A DNA stretch of 64,000 nucleotides from Podarcis melisellensis (Eukaryota): assembly GCA_964234715.1 (NCBI GenBank), contig OZ174281.1; one strand, given 5' to 3'. The notes under the pieces are model-generated. The model worked only from the letters and a program-made list of their open reading frames with translations. It was not told the DNA's origin and ran no database searches. Each line of letters opens with the position of its first letter. The stretch's first letter is position 1. Positions 48,706-61,300 of the stretch are shown here, piece after piece. The translations under genes were made by a program, and so were the position numbers.

Positions 48706-51700
48706 AATGTACAAGAAGATCGTTTATGGAATGAACATGAAAAATGGTCTTCAGAAATAGAAGAATTGGTAATTAATCTCTTTCAGCACTTAAAGCAGAA
48801 CCTGTCTATGAACATCGGGGAGAAACTGGAATATTTACAGAACAGTAACGGCTTTTGAAAATATATTTGCAGGCAGGGAATCATAAAATTCACTGAGCAC
48901 TCCTGCCCACAAATTATGCCAGGGGAAAGGGATGGCACCACTACACTAGTACAACAGCCACAAAGTTCTAAAGTCACCCAGCTCAGAAGTGGGGAAACTC
49001 ACCACTCCAGACACACATGGCTGAGTAAAAACAACAGCCACAACCACGGTAGCCTTGACAATACTAGCAATGCCTGCCAATCACAGGTCACTGTGGTAAC
49101 AATGCATCCATGCTGCTCAAAGTGAGCCAATGCATTGGTGGCAACAGGGACACGTTTTATCATGTGTGTGTTGGAAGCCGCTCAGAAAGGCTGGGGCAAC
49201 CAAGCCAGATGGGTGGGGCATAAATAATAAAATTAACACCATCATTATCATCATCAACAACAACTGGCCCCAGATTTCCCCCAAAAATCCAACACCTTTC
49301 TTGCCTGAGTAAGGTGTGTTGCATTGAATTTGGAGAACACCAAACCAGAAGTCCCAGCAGAACCATAGTCTACCTGGGTGTCGGAGTTAACAGCTGCTGA
49401 AGCAGGCTAGGCCCATTTAGCTGAAAAGCCCTCACTCACCAAAGGTGGAATAGTTACTCAGGTGGGGCTACAGCTCTATTTCAGGCTATCTGGATTTGCT
49501 TGTTGATGAAGCAACATTTGAGCTCAAAACACCCTCCAACCTGAGCTTCATGTGGAGCTATCCAGGGTGCTACCTGCTTTCTTGAACTTTGCTTCACCAG
49601 AACCTGCAGTCTTGCCCAGCAGTCAACCACAGGCTGGAACAGAACAGTAACACAAGACCCAAATAGCTCCTTTGGCAGAAGACCAGCTGGGAGGACTTGC
49701 CCTGCTGCCGGAGGTTCTAGCAGCAGTACAGGAATGGGATGAGGAACTGTGTCATCTCCCCCATTCCCCTTCACTCCAGGAAGATCAACTGACTCTCAAG
49801 TAGACCTACTTGAAACCTCAAGCCTGGTGAGTGATTGAGACACTTGTGCTCACCCCCCATGTGGAGAAAAGGTGCCATGAGTACCTAGTGAGCATGCTCC
49901 AAGCTGGGCTAGAAGGCCACAACCTGTGATGGAGGCAGCCATCTGCCCCCTTGCCCCCACAATTATGCAGTGAGACATGCACTACTTTTGCGCTAGCCTT
50001 CACCTGGTTTGCTACATATCTTGAAGAGCCCCAGAATACCAAGGAGCCAGTCAATGCTGGTAAGGATGCTCAGAAGGAATCAGGTTCACCACCCACCTCA
50101 CCTCACCATTTCCTTGTGAGGCTAGGGCGTCTACAAGGTCATCTAGACTTGTTGGTGGTTGGACTGCTTGTGAATTTCCTATTATTAACTGAGCAGCTGG
50201 TTTTCTTAAATACTGAAAAGTCTATTTATAGGCCCATTTTTATTGCTGCAACGTAGGCTAGTATTATTGCACACCTATTGTAGGTTGTGGGAGGTCACAA
50301 CCAACCTGTATAATAATCCAGAGAAGCAAATGGGGACTGTTTGAGAGAGAACTACTTAAAGATCTCCATGCCAAACATTCCTCAGGTTGCAGCAAAGGTC
50401 AGCAACCTATTTTAACACCCCCATCCCTGCTCAAAGCAGCCTAAATTCTGCCCTCAGTTTCATGTGGTCAGCCCTGGATTTGGGGCACTGGGGTTCCCCC
50501 AAACAAGGCGCCAAGCCAAGGTGGTGCCAAACTGAGAAGATCCATAATTGAGAAGATCCATTTGGGGGTGCCAAATTTTGACCTTGCACAGGAGGTGCCA
50601 TTTTATGAATGATTGCCCAAGTCTGCCCCTGATGCAGTAGCTCCACTGACATTCATAAAGACGTGTTACACTTTTAATTATTTTCAGACTCCACGTCACC
50701 CCAAACATTTCCTACACAAAATAAGGCCTGAGTATGAAACTCTATGGATTCCTGACTTTGCTTCTATCTTTTGTTTGGAGAGAGGATATGGCGCTGACTC
50801 AATCACAGCTGTGGTGAAATAGTGGATTTCACCTCTGTATATACAAAGAGTGGACTCAGATGCTGAGTTATGACAGCTATGTAGCCAAACTGGGGTTACT
50901 GAGAAACAAGAGGGAGCCATTAACATGCTCAGTGCGACCCTGGAGTTTGTAGATGAACCCTAAGCATCCCCATCCCCCAAACCAGTCCTACAGGGACTTG
51001 GACATGCTCAGAGGCCACAGAAGGCTGAGTGTTGGGCCATGGGGGATGGAACGGAAAACTGGGGTAGAGGAATGCAATGGAGTATCTTGAAAGTAGGCGT
51101 GGCTGACTAGACTACTGAACAGAGGCACTCCATGCTGCAACGTATTATTGCAGGCCTCCGTGGATTTACAGGAACAGCTCTCACTTCCACACTGGCTGAG
51201 AGAGGGAAGAGAGTGAAACAGAGAAGGTTGTTTGAAGGCTTGTGTGTACACTTCCAGAGTTAATGCTAAATACATTACTTCTGGTCAATGAGCCACCACA
51301 GTTGCTAGAGGGCCGTGAACATTTGTGTCCCAGGCTTCTTAGACTTGTCTACCCATGAAACCAAAGCGGGAGATTGGTTGCCAGATGTGAAATTCCCCCC
51401 CCCCCAGCTCTCCCACCCCACTAGTTGGTTTCTGTGGAAGTGCCTGAAAAAGATAACAAATATGGTATTTGCTCTCAGTTTATTGCACCTTTTTCAGTAA
51501 GGGCAATGTGCATAGCTAGTGACTATTAACGTGGAATGTCTGTGTGGCAGTATAATAACGCTGACAACAACTTCCATCGTCCCTGATCAGTATAATGATC
51601 CTGCTTCACAGATGCTGGAGACGGGCACAGTCATCCTGGCTCCATTCATAAGTTTCCATTTCGAAGTTGCACCTGAGTGGCTGCTGACAGCGGCTGCGGG

Positions 51701-51885
51701 ATGAGATGGGCTCTTGCTCTGAGCCAGTAAATTTGCTCATACAAAGTTTCTCCTACACTGAAGCTCATTGGTGTGTGGTGACGGAAAAGTGAAACATGAG
51801 ACTATTGAGTTGTCACACTGAAAATATTAGTATTCTGATTTATTTCCTTTGATTGACACCCTTCCATCATCCGATTGTTATACAC

Positions 51886-52203
51886 CAGGGGTGGCCAACT
51901 CCCAAGAGACTGTGATCTACTCACCGAGTTAAAGACTTGCTGTCACCTACCCCCTTTTTGGGGGTTCAGGTCAAAGTTGTTGAGCTCTTTTTAGAGATGA
52001 GGAAAGCCCCGTTTTTGGGGGGTGTAGGGGAATCTCCATGTAGACATGTATAACAGGTACGTCCAACAGGTAGATCATGATCTACTGGTAGGGGAGCCAA
52101 ACCTGTTGAGCTTCTTTGGGTGGAGAGAGTGATCTACCAGTGATTTACCACAGACGTCCAGTGATCTACCAGTAGATCATGATCTACCTGTTGGACGTAC
52201 CTG
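51886..52203. mobile_element. hAT MITE with an internal inverted duplication
   Basis: TIR caggggtggccaac / gttggacgtacctg; TSD ttatacac / ttatacat. Confidence 0.8.
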
Positions 52204-53137
52204 TTATACATGTCTACATGGAGATTTCCTGATTTTTTAAAATTGGTGAATCAGCCAATGTGTTCTCAAAATGAATCCGGGAGATACCAGATGTTGATTA
52301 AACAGGGATTCTCTTCCACCTATGTGCCAATACTTGTCACCCGTGTGTTAAGAAATGCCTTATTACAGGGGAATCATTGGGTGATGTTTCCCTGTAGTCT
52401 TTTCCCAGACCTGGAGAAATGCGTAAAGCTCTTTCCTCATTCCTTGCTCCAAGTCATCCATAGTGTCTGGCTAGCAGCTGGCTATCACCTTGGTCTTATC
52501 ACGCACAGAAACCCAGCTAGGAGGAGTGAGAAAGCTCTAAGCAGAGAGTGCAAGGGAGTCATCCCCATAAACATGGCAAGGAAGCCTCTCCCCACTTAAG
52601 ATGAGCACTCAGATAGCTGCATTGCTTAAGGGTCTGGTGCTATTGGTACTCCCTCTTTCTTCTTTATATGGCAGCAACTGCATCCCTACCTCCGAGGCAC
52701 ATAATCAATCATCCTGAACATGAGGGCCGGTAATGGTTGCAGGATGGCTCCCCCCACAACTGTGTCAAAGCACAGCTCTGTTAAGGGAGCATCCCTACAC
52801 CCAGTCCTCTAATAAGACCTGAATTTATTTATATCTCATTTTTCTGCAGCTTTACTGAAAACGACTTAATAATAAAATACAGTTTAAAAACCCCACAGTC
52901 ATTTAAATTAATAAAACTAACAAAGACACGATACATAGTTGGCAAAACTAAAAACTGAGGCAAAGGCAAAAAATTCAGTCACCTGTTAGAAGCCGGCTAG
53001 TGGGGGGAAGGCTTTCAATTTCTGCTGAAAGGAGCTTAGAGATGGGATCTGAAAAATCATTGCAAGTGCCCCATCCTTTGTGCTCACCAGTGGAACAATT
53101 TGCAGTGGCCCCAAGGGAAGGCCTCTAAGCAGGTGTA

Positions 53138-53371
53138 CAGTGGTACCTCGGTTTTCGAATGTCTCGGAAGTTGAACGTTTTGGTTTTCAAACGCCAAAAA
53201 CCAGGAAGTAAATGCTTCTGTTTTCAAATGCACCTTGGAAGTCAAATGGCTTCCGCTGAGTGTTTCTCAATTAAATTTGCAGACCAACCTTTGCACCTCG
53301 GTCATTTCGAACATTTTGGAACTTGAACGGTCTTCTGGGATGGATTATGTTTGAAAACCAAGGTATTATTA
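53138..53371. mobile_element. Tc1/mariner (Tigger-like) MITE, degenerate right end
   Basis: TA|cagtggtacctcggttttc ... gaaaaccaaggta. Confidence 0.7.
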
Positions 53372-53919
53372 TATTTGGGGAAAAGCTCACCTAAACATGA
53401 CCTGGTTGCAGACCATTTAAGGCTTGAAAAGTCAGTGCCAGAATACGAACACAGAAGGCTGCCACGTGTCTGCCTTGTCGGGATTAAATTCCAGGTTTTT
53501 GGGGGCTCCCCTTCATTTCTAAATTGTCTCCAGGCACTGGTGAATCACTTCCATTGCCCTCCCATAACTGTGTCCACATGGCACCTCAGCCCCAACCTCC
53601 AAATGATCTCATCCATTAGTTTCATGTATGCCTTACAGAGCAGGAGAAGCAAGATAGGATCTTGTGGCGCAGGCCAAATGCCCTGAGGTGGAGCAGCACC
53701 TCTCAGCACCTGCGGGTCTGGGAAGGAATTGAAGCGATGATTCACAAAGCCCTGCCAGATGCTCCAGAAGGCGACCCCATCAGATGGGATCAATCAAGGG
53801 CAGAACAGGGCTGCACACCCCTTGTTTCAGTCCAGTGCAAGTCACCCAGCATGATGATCAAGGATAGCAGGCATCATTCAGGCTCCCAGCCTGTGTGTGT
53901 GTGTGTACACAAAAACTTT

Positions 53920-54460
53920 TTGGGTGATTGCTCGTAAATTGTCTTCCATGAGCATGTGGAGGCCATTTCTTGATCCACGTGTCCTTCCATAGACGGGGAT
54001 ATGGCTTTCTGGGCAAGATTTTATCCTGGTGGGGGTTTGCCAAAGTGCCTTCCTCTTAGCTCATTTCTCCTTTCTGCCCTGAGTCCTTCTTCAAAGTCCA
54101 CAACACCTTTGGTGAAGGCTGCTCTCCCACTGGCTTGCAGGCCAGTGTTTCCCAGTTATCAGTGCTTATACTACATTTTTTTTTTTAAATTAGACTTGAG
54201 GGCCTCTTTTAACCTCGTTTGATGCCCACCGGTGTTTCACTTTACATTCTTAAGTTGGGAAGAGTAGTTGCTTTGGAAGACGATTAATAGGCATCCGAAA
54301 AACGGAAAGACCGTGCGCAAATACGCCTGGGTGTGTGTGCCTGTGCACCAAACTGAGTCTTTGACCTGGGTGAAAGTGAGCCTAGTTTCGCCCCGTGGCC
54401 TGGATCTGCCCTCTATGCCGGGAAACAGCAGGCAGAGGTGGCTGCCTGCGGTTTCCCCGC
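53920..54460 (-). mobile_element. RTE-clade LINE 3' fragment
   Basis: Clear similarity to 44110-44460 (tcttcaaagtcca..acacctttggtgaaggctg). Confidence 0.72.
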
Positions 54461-54723
54461 TAGTCGCGGAAGCACCAGGGCCTCGATCCTCCCCCCTGGT
54501 GGCCACAGAGGGTAAGCAAGTGGGGCAGCCTGGAGGGGCTCCCCCCTTCGCCTGCCTGCGCTCTTTCCTGCCCCCCCCCAGAGTCCAGAAGCCGCACCAC
54601 TCGGAGGTGGGGGCGCCCTGGAGGTGGGGGCCCCACGGGGAGAGGGTGGGGCGCCCTGGGGCTGGCCGTCTCCCGCTTTCCCCCAGCCTCTTCTGCAAAG
54701 CAGGGCAAAGGAGGCGAGAGTCT

Positions 54724-54850
54724 CAGTGGCGTAGGGTGGGTTGTCAGCACCCGGGGCAAGGCAAGTAATTTGCGCCCCCTAACCCTAACCCCCAGATGTT
54801 GCGCCCGGTGCGGCTGCCCCCCCCCCTGCACCCCCCACACTATGCCACTG
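54724..54850. mobile_element. 127-bp hAT MITE within the HBEGF CpG island
   Basis: TIR cagtggcgtag / ctatgccactg; 8-bp TSD gagagtct / gagcgtct. Confidence 0.8.
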
Positions 54851-55333
54851 GAGCGTCTTCCTCGCGGCTGCCTGTTTGACCTCCGCTCCTCCCCAGCAGC
54901 GGCTGCCTCTCTCCTCGGAAACCCACGTGGCGGGGCGAGGCCTCCCTCCCGAGAGAGGCAGGGCAGGGATTCCCTGTTCCCAGGCCGGGGTGGCAGCGCA
55001 GCGCCGTCTGCTGCCGTCGCCGCGCCCGCGGGCAGGGCGAGGAGCCCCCCCCCCCAGCCGCGGGAGTGCCGGCGACGTCATCGGGCGGCGGGACGGGGCG
55101 GGTCCCGAGGAGCCTCCCGGGGCGGCGTCCCGCCCCCTGGCCGCCCTCGGCGGGTCCCACGTGGGCGCGGGGCTTAGTCTGGCGCGGGGCGAGAGGGCGG
55201 CGGAGAGCAGTGGCTGCGCGCCGAGCGGAGGGAGCCGGACCAGGAGCCGCGCGGCGGAGCAGGGGCGCCCCAGCTGCCCTCGAGGGCCGCTTCTCCCCGC
55301 ACTCTGGCTTTTCTGTCGGGACCGAGGGGCAGC

Positions 55334-55376
55334 ATGAGGGCGGCGCTGGTCCTCTGGAGCCTCTTTCTGGCGACAG
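55334..55376 (+). CDS. HBEGF: HBEGF exon 1 coding part (MRAALVLWSLFLAT)
   Basis: agcATGa start, hydrophobic signal peptide, |gtaag donor, phase 1. Confidence 0.88.
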
Positions 55377-58300
55377 GTAAGAAGGGGCGGCGGCAGCGGA
55401 CGGAATCAGGCGAAAGGGAGCCCCGCGGGGATGCCGTCGAAGTGGGGCAGGCGCGCTCCGCGTCTTTGGCCTCGGCGTGGAAGAGATCGCGGCGAGTGCG
55501 CGACTCTCTCCTGTTAGCCGACGGGACCGACGAGCTCTTGCCTCTGCCTGAGCCGCGCGTCGGGTTTTCGGTGGCACAGAAAAGAAAGGGACTCCTCGTC
55601 GCGCTTCTCCCCAAAGCGATGCTCGCCCTGCGCTCGGAATCCCCTCCCGCTGGCGCTGTCTGCTCCGGCTTCGCTGCACCGCTGCCAAATTTAGCCTGTT
55701 TTGATAGCCGATATGGTGCCGAGACAGCGTTGCATGGCTGGGCTGGGTGCAGGCGGATAATGCAGTTGCAGGAGTCCCGCCGGGGGTGTCCGAGAGTTTT
55801 TGCCCGTAAAACGGTGAATGCAGCACCGCGGTGGAAAGCGCCTCGAGGGAACTTCTGCTGAACTCGTGCAAGCTTCAGGCATTGCCGAGTCAGAATGTTT
55901 TTATGGCTCCCGAGGTTGAAAACCCAGCCTGCAAATATGGGTGGAAGTATGCATGGGAATACTGTAACAGGGAGACAGGAGTGTCGTGTGTGGCTGAATT
56001 GTCTAGACTTGTATTTTGCGCGGGCATCACCGCGTTGGCAGAGAGTGCTTGTTATGCCTCGGAAACATCTGGGCACACTGGCACGTGTGAATCTGCTAGG
56101 TATTAATGCACTTGCATGGAAGTGGAAAATGTGTCTGCCTTTCATACGTTGGTTTTTTGCCCTGTCTTTGGGGTGGGGTTGATACAGTACAGTACAGTGT
56201 GTGTGTGTGTGTATAGAGAGAGAGAGCACAAGTGACTCCCTCCCCCCCCCCCATTTTCTAATTGCTCTTGGGCAGTTGTGTGACGAAACTGTATGAAAAG
56301 CTGGGGCAGGGAGTTGGCGGCTGATGATTCACCCAAGATCCTTGTTTCCAGGTTGGCCCATCCTGGTGAAGGGGGAAGAGCTTGGCGGGCTCAGGAATGA
56401 AGTTTACCAGCAGGAAGGCAGAGAGGACCTGGCAAGCGTCCAGTTACTTCCGGCCAGGGAGGCTTTGGAGCATGAAGGAGAGAGAGGTGGAAGTGTGTCG
56501 TCTGCAGGGGACAACTTCAGTGAACTCCCTCGAGGTGAGTCCAGGGGCACCGTGGGGGAAGAGATACATGTTTCTCAGTCACCTGCCTATTGAGGGAGGG
56601 AAGCGGTATGGTGGGGTGAGTGGTGCAAATATTAGGAGGCGATTGGAGGGTCCTCTGCAGGATCCAGGTCTTTGAGTGTCTTATCTAGTATGCAGTTCTG
56701 GGGAAGCAGAGAAATTGCCTGTCCCGAGTGTCTTTGCCCTTAGTTACATTCACTAGCCAGGGGATGCGGGTGGCGCTGTGGTCTAAACCACTGAGCCGCT
56801 TGGGCTTGCCGATCAGAAGTGCTCTGGCTTCCATCACGGTGTTCCATTGAGCACCCCATAGTCACCTTTGACTGGACTTGCAAACTGGACTTAACTGTCC
56901 AGGGGTCCTTTATGTTTACATTTTTACATTCACTAGCTGCCATATAGCACAGGGTTAACCGCATCAGAGTCCTTTGATTTTGATGAATCAAATTGGGGAA
57001 CTTTACAGGGTTGAGCTACTGCGGCTTGGGAGGCAGAGGGGTCAGCTTGGCCATAAAAACTGGAAATGGAACTAACTTCCTGCAAATGCTTTTGTGGAGA
57101 ACCTCAGGCAGTCTAGACTAGGGGACCATGTTCTGAAGTAGTTCCATATGACATCTTTTTATGGATTATTTTAACCTTTGGGGATCAAATACACCTCAGG
57201 CTCCTCAGAAGAGGCATGAAGAATTCTGTGCTTTATGGACCCTATAACTGTCCAGGCAACAAATTAACTTTCACCCTCCTCATTGTGCGGTTCAGCTTTT
57301 TACCTATCTTGCAAAACACATGTGCATGGCTGTGTAGCCAGATCGTCCTTGTGAGGTATGGTTTGCTGTTTATCCTGAAAGGTTAAGCATAGGCCCCTCT
57401 GATGGAGGGTACCAGGCTCAGTGGTCCAAGAGACAGGTCCACTCTTTTAATTCTGGTGTTACAGGTTTGCCTTTGCTGTCTTTTGCCTCCACCACAAACA
57501 CATTAAATTGGGCACAAAATTTAGTTGAACTTCAGTGAAATTTACTTTCATTTAAGTCTGCTTGGAATTGGTAGCTTCTCGTCTCTGAGATTTGTTCCTG
57601 GGGGGATGATAAAGTGTGGTAGGAGTAGAAAATGCTAGAGAAGTAGGAGAGTTAAAAGCAGGTGACTTGATCTTTCATATTTGCTTCAGAGTTGATCATT
57701 TCTGTTATATGCTAATGCTGAAGTTCTGCAAAGATGAAAGTCTGAGCTGTTTTGTGTGGCTGGCTAATAGAAGCGAGTCCCCAGGACAAGGGAGGGAACC
57801 AGGCTGGAATGTTCCCACGGAAATTCCTGCCTTATTTGCTTGATGTCACAGTGCGCTGATGTTTTAGTAGTTCCTTGTTTCTATTTTCTGAGCTCACTTT
57901 TACCCTAGAGGGCCCCAGTGCCTTTTCTGAGCCAACCACACATTCCAGCTGCCCACAAGACCTTAGAGCTGCATCCTGTTCTGCCCACAACTTTTTGTCC
58001 TTTTATCAAGTGCAACCACTTTCCGCAAAGCCTCTGCACTTCAATATAATTACAAAGTCAGATAGCTGCGGGGTCAGGGGACTTTGGTGAAGTTGCCATG
58101 AAATCCTGGGGCTTCTGTCTGCTGCTGTGGAATTTGGAAAGTGTGGCTATGCAGAGTTCCTACTTCATCTGCTACAGGATGGTTCCCACCCTCTTGTGTG
58201 GAAACACAACATGCTTTGCTGGAGACATGATGATTTCATGCTCTCCAGCTTCACAAGTGCTCTGGTGTGGTCATAAGCTTACCAGATCACTCCTTAATTT

Positions 58301-61300
58301 CTTCCTCATTAACTGTTTCTCTCCAAGGACTTGCAAACCTGGCAAGCTCAGGATTTCCCTCATGCTTCCTTCTTCCTTTGGCGAAATGTCCTTCCTCTTC
58401 TAGAAAACATTGGCCAGCCCTGGGGTTCCATAGCAACAGTATTCTTAGGTACAATAAAGCAGGAGAGGCCTTTGGGCATTTGCACTGTACTACGGAATTC
58501 TGGTCACAGAGAAAGCTGAGTGAGAGGAGATTAACTGCTGGGTGATGGTCTCAAAGCATGGAAAATTAGTTATTTGACGCCTTGTGTTGATTACTTTGTG
58601 TGGGTTGATCCAGGCGGAAGTATTAACTTTCCAGTCTGTGGGTCTTGTTGGTCGGAGGTGGGGATGCACAGATGACTCGCTGCCTCCCACCCACACAGCG
58701 CGGCTCCTCTTACCTTGCTCAGCTTAGTCACGAAGGTTAAGTTGTGCCATCTTGGGGGTTTGGCTGGCTTTCTAGTTCTTCCTCTTTGCCCATGTATGTC
58801 CTGAATCTCTTTGCGTGCTTTCTGCTAAATCTGGAGGCACCAGCACAGTCAACCATGGGAAGAGCTCTGAGCTGCTGCTGCTGCTGCTAACCAGGTTGAT
58901 TGATGAAGACCAGCAGAGTTGCATCTTCTTTCAGCAGGGCTGACTGTGCTTCTGTCGAGTCTCTTTTCATCTTTCTTTCAATAGTCTTGTCTTTCTTCTC
59001 CTTAATCTTGGCCGAGTCCTAATGTCTTTTCACCCAAGTGATGGGACTGGCGCCCTTGGATGTGTGCGCAGCCTTCCGTCCCTTTCTCTCTGCTGCACCT
59101 CATTCTTTCTTGTCTCTATATTTTGCTCTTTTCTAAAAAATAAATATCTATTTACATTTTAACTTTTATTTCCTGAATACCTTTGACTTTTTCCTCCTTC
59201 ACTTCTAACTTTTCTATTCTCCTTCTTAGCTGCTTTTCTTCAGTTCCCTATTCCATATATTTTTGGGGATTTGTGGTAGGGTGAACAGCATCAGTCTTCA
59301 AATTCAGAGGACCTGATGGATCTGGAAGGTGGCATGGGCAGCACTTTGTGGCACATGGTGGGCTGAATAGTTGGTTAAGTCACAATCCCTTTATCTCTTC
59401 TACTTTCAAAACATTTTTGGGCCGTTCAGTGTTTCTCTGATCTACCATTTCAGCTAACTCTGCCCACCCCCACGCCCCCACCTGCCCCTTCAAGGGATTA
59501 ACTGCTCTGTAAGTTGATGGGCATGAAGAACCAAAGAGCTTTTAATTGCAGCGAGACAGAAACAACCCCTTGAGATCTGCATCTGGTTTCTTTCATCTGG
59601 GCTTCTGTCCAAACTTTTGGCCACTATGAAGCCTGTATTGCTACAGAACCTGAGGCCTGTGTGGAAAGGTGACTTTATCAGGCAGCAACAGATGCAATAG
59701 TTTGGAAGGGTTGGTTTTGTCAATCATTCTAATTTCCACTTAGAATAGATTTGGAAAGAGGAGAGAGCAGTGGCCTTTGAGGACATGGTGGGTGGCCAAT
59801 GACCTACATTGCAGGTGAAGCGGCCCTGTGTGGGAGAAGCTGAGCTGCACACATGATACTGACAGGCCCCAGTATTGTTAGCTGGAATGCCTGGGAGAGG
59901 GCGATAAAAGTTGGGCTTGTTCCTTGGCGAAGCCGCTCTGTGCAGAGCTTCCTGCTCCTTAGGGAGGCTGACTCCTAGCACACAGCTATTCAGGGAGGAG
60001 GGGGCAGGACTGGGGGGCTGCCAATAATAGGAGGGCTCGGAGTGCAGCAGAAGCCTCCTGATGGGGCCAAGGGGAATTGTAAAGGGCCTTATGGCTCTGT
60101 CTGTCTAGCCTCTGCTTCTGCACTTCGCAGGGACTCAAAGAGAAGGTTCCCCTCCCTCTGAAGGAGTATGTATGACTCGAAGGGATGGCTCACTGATTAG
60201 AGAGTGCCAGCTGCATCTGGCTGCCAGGTGCCTCTACCTGTATGACACACCTGGTGATAACTGCACGAGCACTTGAACACCGACCTTGAAAAGGAGAAGC
60301 AGCTGCTGGCCTCAGAGTCTTAGATGTGGCCCAATGGGAAAGTGGCCCTAAGTCAGCCAGCAGTTAATCACAGCAGAATTAGTTGCTCCCATGCTGCAAA
60401 ATGCCTGGAATAGGAGCATGATGCTTTGTGCCTGCCCTTTTGCAGCGTGACAGGCTCATCTTAGTGTGCACAAAATCCTGCCTTGATTTCCAGTAGTATG
60501 TTTGTGCACTGGAAGTACTGTATGTGTTCGAACAAAGCATTGTGCTCAGAGACCTCTGCAGCATTCAGAGGAAAGAGGAAAGGCTATTCCTAGATGAGAT
60601 CTCAGTTGCTTTTCAGGCACTGTGAGCCCTATCTGGAATGCGCAAATAGCAGCTTAGACCTCAACATGCTCAAACAGCACTGGCGCAGCGGAGGGGTGGG
60701 GCGAATCACAGAAGTGACATGGTAGGCCCCCTTTGCTGGGCCCAGCAAGCCCATGCACCAAACGTGGGGCAACACAGAGATTGGAGGGCTCCTCTTCCTG
60801 CACTTGAAGCAGCTTGGGAATAAAAGAGATGTTTGGTTTGCAGTTTTGCACCATCCACCGCCTGTCTTGTCAGCTGCTGTATGAACTCCCTGAACACCCT
60901 GCAAATGGAACAGGAAGGATGTGGTGAGCAGGGTGGGATATTGGAGTCGAGGCAGAGGAAGTCGGCCACCAGAGTTCAAGGGAGCTCCAGTGCAGAAGCA
61001 CCAGCAGCACTGAGGAAGTTGAGATTGCTGGGCTTCCAGTAAACTGGAGGCAGGCAGAAGGTAGATTTGGAATGGACTGGGAGACCCACAGTTTTGCAGT
61101 AGATTGGCAAGTTCTTCTGACTTCCAATTGGCAAAAAAGTATTTCCCCCAACGAAAGCAAGCTGCTAAAAATGTGGAATTTGGATTGAAAACCAGGAGTT
61201 GATTTTTGTGGGAGCTCAGTTTTAGTATCTGCAACTAATTATTGAGGTGAATATGTGCTCACAGGTGCCCTGTTCCTTAATCCCAGGTTCTTGGCTGTTT

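Larger units (their letters stand above)
54400..56050. promoter_or_regulatory. CpG island / HBEGF promoter
   Basis: Very GC- and CpG-rich; GC boxes (ggggcggg), CRE-like CGACGTCA near 55073, CACGTG E-boxes near 54924 and 55158, all upstream of ATG 55334. Confidence 0.85.

Noticed and set aside
50300-51300. HBEGF upstream enhancer (AP-1 TGACTCA at 50795, TEAD-like ACATTCC)
   Set aside because: Short motifs at a density not distinguishable from chance by eye.
54237-56229. Long overlapping ORFs of 125-351 aa on both strands
   Set aside because: Stop-poor frames are expected in a CpG island; the translations are low-complexity Arg/Pro/Gly/Ala with no recognisable domain. The real coding sequence here is the 43-nt HBEGF exon 1.
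60629-61234. 201-aa - strand ORF in HBEGF intron 2
   Set aside because: Non-ATG start, no recognisable homology and no supporting exon structure.
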